Positions 1 to 11,074 of a stretch of DNA of 64,000 nucleotides are shown one piece after another. The position numbers and the translations under genes were made by a program. The DNA is taken from the NCBI GenBank assembly GCA_963728295.1, contig CAVSKB010000004.1, positions 18,963 through 82,962 on the forward strand, given 5' to 3'. Within the stretch, counting starts at the first letter, position 1, and each line of letters starts with the position of its first letter. The notes below the pieces were generated by a model. It had not been told where the DNA came from and did not search any database. It saw only the letters and a program-made list of their open reading frames with translations. The stretch comes from an uncultured Gammaproteobacteria bacterium (GTDB taxonomy: Bacteria > Pseudomonadota > Gammaproteobacteria > Steroidobacterales > Steroidobacteraceae).

Positions 1-120
1 GTGGTGCGCGGCGGAGCCTGGAACCTGGGCGCCGCGTCGCTTCGGTCATCCGATCGGGAATGGGACGACAGGAACTTCGGGTTCACTGACCGCGGCTTCC
101 GCGTGGCAACGAGCGAGTAG
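1..120 (+). CDS. 3' end of a formylglycine-generating-enzyme (FGE/SUMF1-type) domain protein; the 5' part lies outside the window
   Basis: Frame 1 reads VVRGGAWNLGAASLRSSDREWDDRNFGFTDRGFRVATSE, then TAG at 118-120. RGG[SA]W ... GFR[VL]A is the usual C-terminal signature of FGE-sulfatase domains. Only 39 codons are visible. Confidence 0.45.
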   Translation: MVRGGAWNLGAASLRSSDREWDDRNFGFTDRGFRVATSE

Positions 121-2003
121 ATGCAGCTGGGAACAACCGAATTCAAACGCGCTCTGCAGGCGGTGAGCGAGGGTCGCCAGTCGCTCGACAGCCTGTTGAC
201 GGCGCTGTCGAGCGAAGACCAGGTCGGGACTGTCGAGTGCGCGGCTCGGCTCGGCATGGTGCAGGAGCTTCGAGACTCCGGCCGGCTGTCGGATGAGGCA
301 TCCGACAAGGTCGTGAAGACGATATACCGGTCCCCCGACACGGGCAGCTCGCGACCGGACCCGGCGCCGTCGGCGCCGATGTCCGGAAGCCACCCGTCGA
401 ACTGGTCGACCTGGGCGGAGAACCAGCCGGCCACGCCCCCGCTGACACCCGGGTGTGTTCTGCGCGATCGTTTCGTGCTCGAGGAAGTGATCGGGTCTGG
501 CGGCATGAGCGTCGTTTTCCGCGCGCTGGATCGGCGTCGCGAGGAAGCGCTGGACCGGCAACCTCACGTCGCAATAAAGGTGCTCGGCGACGAATTCAAG
601 CGCCACCCGGATGCATTGCGCGCCCTGCAGCGCGAATCGCGCAAGACGCAGCGGCTCGCGCATCCGAACATCGCCAGCGTCTACGATTTCGACCGGGACG
701 GGCCCAACGTCTACATGGTCATGGAGTTGCTCGTCGGCGAGCCGCTCGACGCACTGCTGCGGCGACGAGGTCTACTCGGGCTCGAAAAAGCGGAAGCCCT
801 GCGCATGCTGTCGGAAATGGGCGCGGGGCTGTCACACGCGCACGGTTTCGGGATCGTGCACTCGGATTTCAAGCCGTCAAACGCGTTCGTGACACTGAGC
901 GGCGAGACCAAACTCATCGATTTCGGCGTCTCCCGCGCCACGAAGCCCGCGAATGCCCAGGGCAACACCGTGCTGACGATGTTCGACGCCGGAAAGCTGG
1001 GCGCGATCACAGTGGCGTACTGCAGTCCCGAGCAGATGCTTGGCGACGCCGACCCGGACCCGCGTGACGACGTCTACGCGCTGGGCGTGGTTGCCTACGA
1101 GCTACTCTCGGGTAAGCACCCGTTCGACGGCCGCTCGGCGCTGGACGCGCAGCTCAAGGGGCTTTCCGTCAAGCCCATCGAGGGCTTGAGCGACGAGCAG
1201 AATGCCGCGCTGCGGGCGGCGCTCGAATGTCGACGTGAGCAACGGACGGCGTCGGTCGTCGAATTGCTCCAGGGCTTAGGGATACACCCCGCACCCGGAG
1301 AGCGCGGACTGCGCGCGATACCCAACGAGCGGTCCCCTGTTTCGACCAATGAGACTCGCCTGCGCAGTCGCGCGCCGCAGGCCGAGTTCCGTCACCCGAC
1401 GGCGGCGCCGCCTCCGGTATCGCCCTGGCGACGTTGGGTGCTCGCCTCGGCGCTTCTCTTGGCCGTCGCGGGAGCCGCGTTCTACGGGTTTCAGCAATGG
1501 CAGCTGCGCGCCAACGAGGCACTGGAGCAGCAGCGACGTGCGACGGAGGACGCCGAGCGTGGCCGCGCCGCCGCGGAGGCGCTGATCGAGCAGGAACGGG
1601 CAGGAGCGCGAGTAGGCGCGACGAGAAGGCAGACGAAGAGCGGCTCGCGGCGGAGGAGGCGCGTCGGGCAGCGAGCGCGCGCGCCAGGGCCGAGAAGGCT
1701 CGGGCGGCAGCCGCGGCCAACGCTCCCGCGTTGGCAGGGTCCGGTCTTGCGCCGGAACTGCAGCGCGCAATCGCGGCGGAGGAAGCGCAGAAGGACGCCG
1801 GGAAGACTGGGGCTGCGGTGCCGGCGAGCGATGCGTCCGCGCCGGCGCCGAGCGATGCGCCAACCGACGCGGCCGCCGCGGCAAGCGAGGCCGGCAAGCG
1901 CACCCTCTATCGCTGGCAGGACGAATCGGGCGCGGTCCGCTACGGAGTCGAAGTACCGGAGCAATACAAAGACAACGCGATCGTGGTGCTCCCGGGCGAC
2001 TAG
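121..2003 (+). CDS. Membrane Ser/Thr protein kinase (non-RD type) with a C-terminal DUF4124-like domain; reading frame broken near 1610-1630 as written
   Basis: ORF 121..2073 carries Hanks kinase motifs: GSGGMSVVF (G-loop), VAIKVL, HSDFKPSN (catalytic loop), IDFGVS, CSPEQ. It has one TM helix, WVLASALLLAVAGAAFYGF. After about 1610 this frame becomes Arg-rich nonsense. The frame of ORF 1434..2003 continues as an Ala/Glu/Arg coiled coil and ends RTLYRWQDESGAVRYGVEVPEQY. The span is 3n+2. Confidence 0.8.
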
Positions 2004-2109
2004 TCGTCGGCAGCAGACGGATACGGTGCGTCGCTGGCGGGCGGTTCACGGCGCGCCGGGATCCGCGTTATGATCTCCGGCCGTTTGTTGCAGTGCGAAA
2101 GGACCGCTT

Positions 2110-3009
2110 ATGAGCGCAGCGTCCGCCGGCGCCCGGTTCCGGGCGGCGTTGGCCCAGGAACGGCCGATGCAGGTCGTCGGCGCGATCAACGCGTACTCGG
2201 CGCTCCTCGCAAAGCGTTCCGGCTTCCGAGCCATCTATCTGTCGGGCGCCGGCGTCGCGAACGCCTCGTTCGGGCTGCCCGATCTCGGCATCACGAGCCT
2301 GAACGACGTCTGCGAGGACGTGCGGCGGATCGCCGGCGCGACCGACCTGCCGCTGCTGGTGGACGCGGACACCGGCTGGGGCGCCGCGTTCAACATCTCC
2401 CGAACCGTCGGCGACCTGATCCGCTCCGGTGCCGCGGGCTGCCATCTCGAGGACCAGGTCCAGGCCAAGCGCTGCGGGCACCGTCCGGGCAAGGCTCTCG
2501 TCACCGCCGAAGAGATGGTCGACCGCATCAAGGCCGCGGTCGACGGCCGCACCGACCGCGAGTTCGTGCTGATGGCGCGTACCGACGCGCACGCGGTCGA
2601 CGGGCAACAGGCGGCGATCGAGCGCGCCCAGCGATACGTCGAGGCCGGCGCGGACATGATCTTCGCCGAGGCCCTTACGACGCTCGAGGAATACCGGCAG
2701 TTCACGGCCGCGGCGCGCGTCCCGGTGCTCGCGAACATCACCGAGTTCGGCAAGACACCGCTGTTCACGGTCGGGGAGCTCGCCGGGGCCGGCGTCGGGC
2801 TCGTGCTCTACCCGTTGTCCGCCTTCCGCGCGATGTCGAAGGCCGCGGAGGTCGTCTACAGCACGATCCGCCGGGACGGCACGCAGAAGGCGGTTGTCGA
2901 TTACATGCAGACCCGTGCGGAGCTTTACGAAGTTCTGGGCTACCACGAGTACGAACGCAAGCTCGATGAGCTGTTCAGCCGCGATGCGAGCGGGGATCCG
3001 CACGGCTGA
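2110..3009 (+). CDS. prpB: Methylisocitrate lyase
   Basis: 299-aa ORF with [31 protein letters not shown] and MARTDA motifs of the isocitrate-lyase/PEP-mutase superfamily. It lies directly upstream of prpC and prpD. Confidence 0.92.
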   Translation: MSAASAGARFRAALAQERPMQVVGAINAYSALLAKRSGFRAIYLSGAGVANASFGLPDLGITSLNDVCEDVRRIAGATDLPLLVDADTGWGAAFNISRTVGDLIRSGAAGCHLEDQVQAKRCGHRPGKALVTAEEMVDRIKAAVDGRTDREFVLMARTDAHAVDGQQAAIERAQRYVEAGADMIFAEALTTLEEYRQFTAAARVPVLANITEFGKTPLFTVGELAGAGVGLVLYPLSAFRAMSKAAEVVYSTIRRDGTQKAVVDYMQTRAELYEVLGYHEYERKLDELFSRDASGDPHG

Positions 3010-3056
3010 CTGCGTCGCAATAGATCTCCCGAGCAAGGCTACAAGGGCATGCGCAG

Positions 3057-4211
3057 ATGAACGAAACCAGCCCCGTCGGCTTCAAGCCGAAGAAATCCGT
3101 GGCGCTCTCCGGCGTGCCGGCGGGCAACACGGCGCTTTGTACCGTCGGGCGAACCGGCAACGACCTGCACTATCGCGGCTACAACATCCTCGACATCGCA
3201 GACAAGTGCGAATTCGAGGAGGTGGCGCACCTGCTGATCCACGGTCGGCTGCCGAACGCCGCGGAGCTCGCCGGTTACAAGGAGCGGCTCAAGCGAATGC
3301 GCGGCCTGCCCGGCACCGTACGCACGGCGCTCGAGGCGCTGCCGGCTTCGACGCACCCGATGGACGTGATGCGCACCGGAGTCTCCGTGCTCGGCTGCAC
3401 GCTGCCGGAAAAGGACGACCACGGCGCCGCGGGTGCGCGCGAGATCGCCGACCGGCTGGTCGCTAGCCTGGGCTCGATGCTCGTCTACTGGTATCACTGG
3501 ACCCACAGCGGCCAGCGCGTGCACGTCGAGACCGAGGACGACTCGATCGGCGGGCATTTCCTGCACCTGCTGCATCGTCGGCCTGCGCCCGCCTCCTGGG
3601 TCGAGGCCATGCACGTCTCGCTCAACCTGTATGCCGAGCACGAGTTCAACGCCTCCACGTTCGCGGCGCGCGTGATCGCGGGTACCGGCGCGGACATCTA
3701 TTCCTGCATCACCGGGGCGATCGGCGCGCTGCGGGGTCCGAAGCACGGCGGCGCGAACGAGGTCGCCTTCGAGATCCAGAGCCGTTACGCGGACCCCGAC
3801 GAAGCTGCAGCAGACATCCGCCGCCGCGTCGAGGCGAAGGAAGTGATCATCGGCTTCGGCCACCCGGTCTACACGGTCTCGGATCCGCGCAACAAGGTCA
3901 TCAAGGAAGTGGCGCGCAAGCTGTCGAAGGAAGTCGGCAACACGGCGCTCTTCGACATCGCAGACCGCCTCGAGACGGTCATGTGGGAGTCGAAGAAGTT
4001 GTTTCCCAACCTCGACTGGTTCTCCGCGGTTTCCTACCACCAGATGGGGGTGCCAACCGCGATGTTCACACCGCTGTTCGTGATCGCGCGCAGCACGGGC
4101 TGGTGCGCGCACGTCATCGAGCAGCGTATCGACGGCAAGATCATCCGCCCGAGCGCGAACTACGTTGGTCCCGAGGACCAGAAGTTCGTACCGCTCGCCA
4201 AGCGGAAATAG
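3057..4211 (+). CDS. prpC: 2-methylcitrate synthase
   Basis: 384-aa ORF of the citrate-synthase family (LHYRGY, HGGANE, GFGHPVY), flanked by prpB and prpD. Confidence 0.92.
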   Translation: MNETSPVGFKPKKSVALSGVPAGNTALCTVGRTGNDLHYRGYNILDIADKCEFEEVAHLLIHGRLPNAAELAGYKERLKRMRGLPGTVRTALEALPASTHPMDVMRTGVSVLGCTLPEKDDHGAAGAREIADRLVASLGSMLVYWYHWTHSGQRVHVETEDDSIGGHFLHLLHRRPAPASWVEAMHVSLNLYAEHEFNASTFAARVIAGTGADIYSCITGAIGALRGPKHGGANEVAFEIQSRYADPDEAAADIRRRVEAKEVIIGFGHPVYTVSDPRNKVIKEVARKLSKEVGNTALFDIADRLETVMWESKKLFPNLDWFSAVSYHQMGVPTAMFTPLFVIARSTGWCAHVIEQRIDGKIIRPSANYVGPEDQKFVPLAKRK

Positions 4212-4236
4212 TCTTCAGCAGCGAGGTTTCGAGCCG

Positions 4237-5689
4237 ATGTCAGCGCATGATTACAAGTCGGCCCGGCGGCCTGATCCGGACAAGGTCCTGGTCGACATCG
4301 CGAGCTACGTCTGCGACTTCGAGGTGAAGAGCGACGTTGCGTACGAGACGGCGTTCTACTGCCTGATGGATACGCTCGCCTGCGGCTTCCAGGCGCTCAA
4401 GTATCCAGCGTGCACGAAGCTGCTCGGGCCCGTGGTGCCGGGGGCGACGATGATGGGCGGTGCGCGTGTGCCGGGCACGTCCTTCGAGCTCGATCCCGTC
4501 CAGGCCGCGTTCAACATCGGTACCATGATCCGCTGGCTCGATTTCAACGACACGTGGCTCGCGGCCGAGTGGGGCCACCCGTCGGATAATCTTGGCGGCA
4601 TCCTCGCCGTCGCCGACTATCTCTCGCGCAAGGCGATCGCCGAGGGACGCAGGCCGCTGACGGTCCGCGACGTCCTGACCGCGATGATCAAGGCGCACGA
4701 GATCCAGGGCGTCACGGCGCTCGAGAACAGTTACAACCGCGTCGGGCTCGATCACGTGATCCTGGTTCGCGTCGCCTCGACTGCGGTCGTCACGCGCATG
4801 CTCGGGGGCAACCGCGAGCAGGTGATCAACGCGGTGTCGAACGCGTGGATCGACGGAGGAGCGCTTCGCACCTACCGCCACGCGCCGAACACGGGCTCGC
4901 GCAAGAGCTGGGCCGCCGGCGATGCGACCAGTCGTGCCGTGCGTCATGCGCTCATCGCGCTCGCGGGAGAGATGGGTTACCCGTCGGCGCTCTCGGCCAA
5001 GACCTGGGGTTTCTACGACGTCCTCTTCAAGGGCCGGCCCTTCACGCTACAACCAGGGCTTCGGCAGCTACGTGATGGAGAATGTGCTGTTCAAGATCTC
5101 CTACCCGGCGGAGTTCCACGCGCAGACGGCCGTGGAATGCGCGATGAAGCTGCACCCGGTCCTCAAGGAACGGCTCGGCGACATCGAGCAGGTGGTGATC
5201 GAGACGCAGGAGCCGGGTGTGCGAATCATCGACAAGACCGGGCCGCTCGCGAATCCGGCGGACCGTGACCACTGCATCCAGTACATGGTCGCCATACCGC
5301 TGATCTTCGGCCGGCTCACCGCCGCGGACTACGAGGACGCTGTCGCGAACGATCCGCGAGTCGACGAGCTGCGGGGACGAATGGTCGTGCGCGAGAACAC
5401 GACCTTCACCGAGGAATACTACGCAGCCGACAAGCGTTACATCGGCAACGCGGTGCAGGTGTTCTTCCGCGACGGCAGCTCCACCGAGCGCGCCCACTTC
5501 GACTTTCCGATCGGTCACCGCAAGCGCCGCGCCGAGGGCATCCCGATCCTCAAGCAGAAGTTCGAGGCCAGCGTCGCCGCGCATTTCTCGCCGCCGCAGA
5601 CCGGAAAGATCGCCGCGCTGTTCGCCGACCGGGCGAAGCTCGAAGCCATGCCGGTGCACGAGTTCGTCGCCGTGATGGTGAAGAACTAG
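4237..5689 (+). CDS. prpD: 2-methylcitrate dehydratase (MmgE/PrpD family); frame broken at about 5047 as written
   Basis: The N-terminal part is in ORF 4165..5268, starting from MSAHDYKS at 4237. The C-terminal part is in ORF 4922..5689 ([25 protein letters not shown]). The frames join if one base after ACG 5044-5046 is removed. The span is 3n+1. Confidence 0.9.
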
Positions 5690-5798
5690 GAAAGCGGAGA
5701 CCTGCCTCCTGAGCACCACGCTGGTCGAGGGCGCCCGGGCGCTCGGAATCGCGCTCACACCGGCGCAGGCGGCGAGCCTCGTACGGCATCTCGACCTG

Positions 5799-6380
5799 AT
5801 GGACGAGTGGGGCGCGCGGATGAACCTGACGGCGATCCGCGACCGGGAGCAGCAGCTCACCAAGCACGTGCTGGACAGCCTCTCGGTCGGCCCCTGGCTG
5901 CGTGGCGAGCGGGTCGCCGACCTGGGCAGCGGTGCCGGCTTCCCGGGCATACCCCTTTCGATCGTCGAGCCTGCGCGGCATTTCGCATTGATCGAGTCCA
6001 CTGGAAAGAAGTGCGACTTCCTGCGCCACGTCGCGGGCGAGCTTGGCCTCGCTAACATCGAGATCGTCCAGGCCCGCGCTGAAGCCTACCGGCCTCCGAT
6101 CCGGTTCGGGACGGTAGTCGCGCGCGCCGTGGGACCGATTGCTGATCTCGTGCGGCGGGGCGGACACCTCGTGACCGGCGGGGGTCGGCTGCTCGCGATG
6201 AAGGGTCGGCTGCCCGAGGAGGAGCTGGCGGCAAGACTCAATGGATGGAAACTGGCGGGCGTCCACCGCCTCGCCGTGCCCGGACTGCCGGAGGAGCGCC
6301 ATCTCGTCGAGCTCTGCCACTCCCACCAGAAAGCCGGAGAAATGGCCGCGAAAGCACACCAGAGCACCGGGGCCAGTTAA
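5799..6380 (+). CDS. rsmG: 16S rRNA (guanine527-N7)-methyltransferase
   Basis: Motifs NLTAIRDREQQLTKHVLDSL and DLGSGAGFPGIPL (SAM motif), with the usual position before parA. RsmG-like sequence continues in frame upstream of the first ATG to about 5709, where only CTG codons exist, so the true start is uncertain. Confidence 0.88.
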   Translation: MDEWGARMNLTAIRDREQQLTKHVLDSLSVGPWLRGERVADLGSGAGFPGIPLSIVEPARHFALIESTGKKCDFLRHVAGELGLANIEIVQARAEAYRPPIRFGTVVARAVGPIADLVRRGGHLVTGGGRLLAMKGRLPEEELAARLNGWKLAGVHRLAVPGLPEERHLVELCHSHQKAGEMAAKAHQSTGAS

Positions 6381-6434
6381 ACAGTTGGTCACCGGCGTGT
6401 TTTCGCGTGGGTTCGCGGCTATTCTTCGCCTTCC

Positions 6435-7325
<891 letters not shown>

Positions 7326-7504
7326 AACGCCACCCGTCCGGGGCCCAGCGTCAGCCGTCTCTCAACGCTCCGTTCCATATCCCTGGATCAGCTTCTTATC
7401 GGGCCCACCCACACCTGGCAGGCCTAGCAATTCGCTCCGAGACAGTCTCGCGCCAATGGCTCGGGATGGCTAGAGGCCGTAGGCTATCCGCTACACTGCG
7501 CGCC

Positions 7505-8413
7505 ATGGCCACAAAACGCCCCAGTCTCGGCCGCGGACTCGAAGCGCTGCTGGGCGGCAGCGCGGCCGCTTCTTCCACCGAGGCAATCGACTCCGAGGCA
7601 CCCCCTCCACCACGGGCCGAGGAGGAACTTGCCCGAATCCCGGTCGACCTGCTGCAGCGCGGCCGGTATCAGCCCCGCCTCGACATGCGGCCGGAAAGCC
7701 TGCAGGAACTTGCGGATTCCATCCGTGCCCAGGGGGTAGTCCAGCCGATCATCGTGCGGCCGCTTTCGACCGTACGTCCGGGTGAGCCGATGCGCTACGA
7801 GATCATCGCCGGCGAGCGACGCTGGCGAGCCGCGCAGATGGCCGGTCTGCACAACGTTCCGGCGGTGATTCGGCAGGTGCCCGACGAAGCCGCGGTCGCG
7901 ATGTCCCTGATCGAGAACATACAGCGGGAGAACCTGAATCCCCTGGAGGAAGCACGCGCCCTCGACCGGCTGATCCGTGAGTTCGAGATGACGCACCAGA
8001 CGGCCGCGGACGCCGTCGGCCGGTCGCGCGCCGCCGTCAGCAACCTGCTTCGGCTGCTCGAGCTCGCCGACGATGTAAAGCAGCTCGTCGAGCACCGCCA
8101 GCTCGAGATGGGGCATGCCCGTGCCTTGCTCGGTCTGACAGCGGCGCGCCAGCAGTCAGAGGTTGCTCAGCTCGTGGCAAAGAAAGGTTTGTCCGTCCGC
8201 GAAACCGAAGCTCTGGTCAGGCGGCTCGCCAACCCTCCGCCACCCGCCGAGCCGCGCCGCGAGGATCCGAACATCCGTCGCCTGGAGCAGGACCTCGCAG
8301 GCAAGCTCGGCGCCAAGGTGCTCTTTCAGCACACGAGCAGCGGGCGCGGCAAGCTGGTCATCAACTACAACAGCCTCGACGAGCTCGACGGAATACTCGG
8401 CCACATCCAGTAG
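7505..8413 (+). CDS. parB: Chromosome partitioning protein ParB/Spo0J
   Basis: Motifs LGRGLEALL, YEIIAGERRWRAAQMAGL (ParB box), and HTH region HQTAADAVGRSRAAVSNLLRLL. The ORF opens at ATG 7466, but the MATKRPSLGRGL start at 7505 fits family N-termini better. Confidence 0.9.
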   Translation: MATKRPSLGRGLEALLGGSAAASSTEAIDSEAPPPPRAEEELARIPVDLLQRGRYQPRLDMRPESLQELADSIRAQGVVQPIIVRPLSTVRPGEPMRYEIIAGERRWRAAQMAGLHNVPAVIRQVPDEAAVAMSLIENIQRENLNPLEEARALDRLIREFEMTHQTAADAVGRSRAAVSNLLRLLELADDVKQLVEHRQLEMGHARALLGLTAARQQSEVAQLVAKKGLSVRETEALVRRLANPPPPAEPRREDPNIRRLEQDLAGKLGAKVLFQHTSSGRGKLVINYNSLDELDGILGHIQ

Positions 8414-8550
8414 CCGGCGACCGCGGACTGATTATCAGCATTAGCTGATCAATCCATCGAGTTGTCAGGCCGCCAGTGGAGGATTGTCGATGACGGCTTC
8501 GTCGGCCATGGCGCGCGGGCGCAGCTGTCGCGCGTAAGCGCATCCCCGAT

Positions 8551-8580
8551 TTGAAGCAGTGCAAAAGGACCGGATATACT
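8551..8580 (+). promoter_or_regulatory. Candidate sigma70-type promoter for the atp operon
   Basis: TTGAAG (8551-8556), an 18-nt spacer, then TATACT (8575-8580), about 175 nt upstream of the atpB start. This is a sequence match only. Confidence 0.3.
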
Positions 8581-8757
8581 CTCGCGCCTTTTCAGGGGCC
8601 GACGCGTGCAACGCGGCGACAGCAGTCGAACACGGTGTCGCGTTTCTGAATCAGCCGATTCGAAGTGCCAGGCAACGGCCCGGGCGGACGCGCCGACGCG
8701 GCGCCGTGGGCGGTGCCGAGGGACGGACGGTAACGCGGTGGGTGCGAGGAGAGCCGG

Positions 8758-9612
8758 ATGGCGAGTGAGGGTGGCGAACACGGTGGGTTAAGCGAGTACA
8801 TCGACCACCACCTCCACCACCTCGAGAACCACGAGCCGGGGGGACTGCTCGACTTCTCGGTCGTCCACTGGGACACGCTGTTCTTTTCCGTCCTCTGCGG
8901 CCTTATCGTGCTGTTCGTGCTCTGGCTCGCGGCTCGGCGTGCGACCTCGGGCGTGCCCGGGCGGTTCCAGGCTGCTGTCGAGATGCTCGTCGACATGGTC
9001 AACGAGCAGGCGAACGCTCTGGTCAAGGGCAATCTGACCTTCATCGCCCCACTGGCGCTGACCGTGTTCTGCTGGGTTTTCCTGATGAACGCGATCGACC
9101 TGCTGCCGGTCGACATCCTCCCGGCGATCGCCAGGCTGCTGCATGTGCCTTATCTCCGTCCGCTGCCGACCGCGGACCTGAACGCAACGCTCGGCATGGC
9201 GGTCGGCGTACTGGTGCTGGTGCTCTACTACAGCGTCAAGATCAAGGGCCTGGGCGGCTGGATCCACGAGCTGCTCTGCGCACCCTTCGGCATGGTCAAG
9301 CTGAGCCCGAACCCCTTGAGCTGGATCGGCGCGATCCTGCTCGCGATCGCGAACCTTGGCCTCAACCTCATCGAGTACATCTCGAAGACGCTTTCGCACG
9401 GCATGCGGTTGTACGGAAACATGTACGCTGGCGAGCTGATCTTCTTCCTGATCGCGGGCCTGGGGGCCACCGCGACGATCGGCGGGATCGCGCTGCACGT
9501 GCTCACCGGCACCGTCTGGGCGATCTTCCACATCCTGATCGTGCTGCTCCAAGCCTTCATTTTCATGATGCTGACCCTGGTCTACATCGGCCAGGCGCAC
9601 GAACACCATTGA
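8758..9612 (+). CDS. atpB: F0F1 ATP synthase subunit a
   Basis: 284-aa polytopic ORF with the [15 protein letters not shown] signature (essential Arg), first gene of the atp cluster. Confidence 0.95.
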   Translation: MASEGGEHGGLSEYIDHHLHHLENHEPGGLLDFSVVHWDTLFFSVLCGLIVLFVLWLAARRATSGVPGRFQAAVEMLVDMVNEQANALVKGNLTFIAPLALTVFCWVFLMNAIDLLPVDILPAIARLLHVPYLRPLPTADLNATLGMAVGVLVLVLYYSVKIKGLGGWIHELLCAPFGMVKLSPNPLSWIGAILLAIANLGLNLIEYISKTLSHGMRLYGNMYAGELIFFLIAGLGATATIGGIALHVLTGTVWAIFHILIVLLQAFIFMMLTLVYIGQAHEHH

Positions 9613-9617
9613 CCTGA

Positions 9618-9884
<267 letters not shown>

Positions 9885-9975
9885 AGCCCGCGGCTTGCCC
9901 GGCACGACCGGGTATCGGACTCAACGCCGCCGGGACCCGGAAGCCCGCGCGGTCTGATCGGGGCTATCGAGCAAA

Positions 9976-10462
9976 ATGAACCTCACCGCAACACTCATCG
10001 TCCAGGCCATCGTGTTCGTCATCCTCGCGCTGGTGACGATGAAGTACATCTGGCCGCCACTGATCCGCGCGATCGACGACCGCCGGAAGAAGATCGCGGA
10101 CGGTCTTGCCGCCGCGGAACGCGGGTACCAGGAGCTGCAGAGCGCGAACGGCGAAGCGCAGATCATCGTCAACGAGGCGCGTGAGAAGGCGCTCAAGATC
10201 GTCGACCAGGCGAACCGGCGTTCCGGGGAGATCGTCGAGGAGGCGCGTTCGACCGCGGTCGGCCGAGGGACAGCGGCTCGTGGGCGATGCGCGCCAGGAA
10301 GCGGCCCTCGAGCAGGCCCGTGCGCGCGACCAGCTGCGCAAGGAAGTGGCGAGCCTCGCGGTCGCGGGCGCGTCGCGCCTGCTCGAGCGCGAGATCGATC
10401 CGAAGGCGCACGCCGAACTGATCGAGCAGCTCGCGCGCGAGATCGAGACGGCCAGGGCCTGA
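9976..10462 (+). CDS. atpF: F0F1 ATP synthase subunit b; frame broken at about 10260 as written
   Basis: N-terminal TM plus [24 protein letters not shown] in ORF 9976..10659. The sequence continues as [46 protein letters not shown] in ORF 10106..10462. The span is 3n+1. Confidence 0.88.
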
Positions 10463-10482
10463 GCAGGGACGGAAGCGTACAG

Positions 10483-11021
10483 ATGGCCGAACGAGCAACC
10501 GTTGCACGACCCTACGCCCGGGCCGCCTTCGCGCACGCGAAGGACAATGCCCGCCTCGGCGAATGGTCGCACCTGGCTCGGGCGGGCACGCGATACGGTG
10601 CTGAGCGACGAGTACCGGCGATTGCATGGCAGCCCGGGGATACGCACCGGCGCAGCTGATCGACGTGCTCACGGCGGCGGCAGGAACCTCGCTCGACGCG
10701 CACGGCCGCGCACTCGTGGACCTGCTGGCCGAGAACGGCCGGCTCGACTACCTGCCGGAGATCGCACTGCAGTTCGAGCAACTGGTGGCGGATGACCAGA
10801 ACGTCGCCGACGTGGAGGTCGTCTCGGCGGTGCCGCTCGACGAGCGCCAGAAGGACCGGCTGGCGACTGCGCTGCGGGCGCGCCTGAAGCGCGAGGTGCG
10901 CTTGAGCTGCAGCACCGACGCGGGCCTGATCGGCGGCGCCGTGGTGCGCTCCGGTGACCTGCTGATCGACGGGTCGCTGCGGGGCAAGCTCGAGCGGCTC
11001 GAGACTGACCTGACGAACTGA
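10483..11021 (+). CDS. atpH: F0F1 ATP synthase subunit delta; two frame breaks (about 10580 and 10637) as written
   Basis: [31 protein letters not shown] is in frame 1, [18 protein letters not shown] in frame 2, and [10 protein letters not shown]...[10 protein letters not shown] in frame 0 (ORF 10626..11021). The span is 3n+2. Confidence 0.86.
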
Positions 11022-11074
11022 TCAGAAACGAAGAGTACGGCCGCGCTGCGGCACGGCCAGCAGAGGCAAGCGAC

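Noticed and set aside
4750-4761. 12-nt perfect palindrome GATCACGTGATC, considered as a parS-like or regulator site.
   Set aside because: It lies inside the prpD coding sequence. Only the central CACGTG matches the parS core, and the flanks do not match TGTTNCACGTGAAACA.
8449-8791. ORFs 8449..8781 (minus), 8559..8768 and 8606..8791 (plus), considered as a possible atpI.
   Set aside because: None is hydrophobic. All are Arg/Ala-rich with no TM segments, whereas AtpI is a small polytopic membrane protein.
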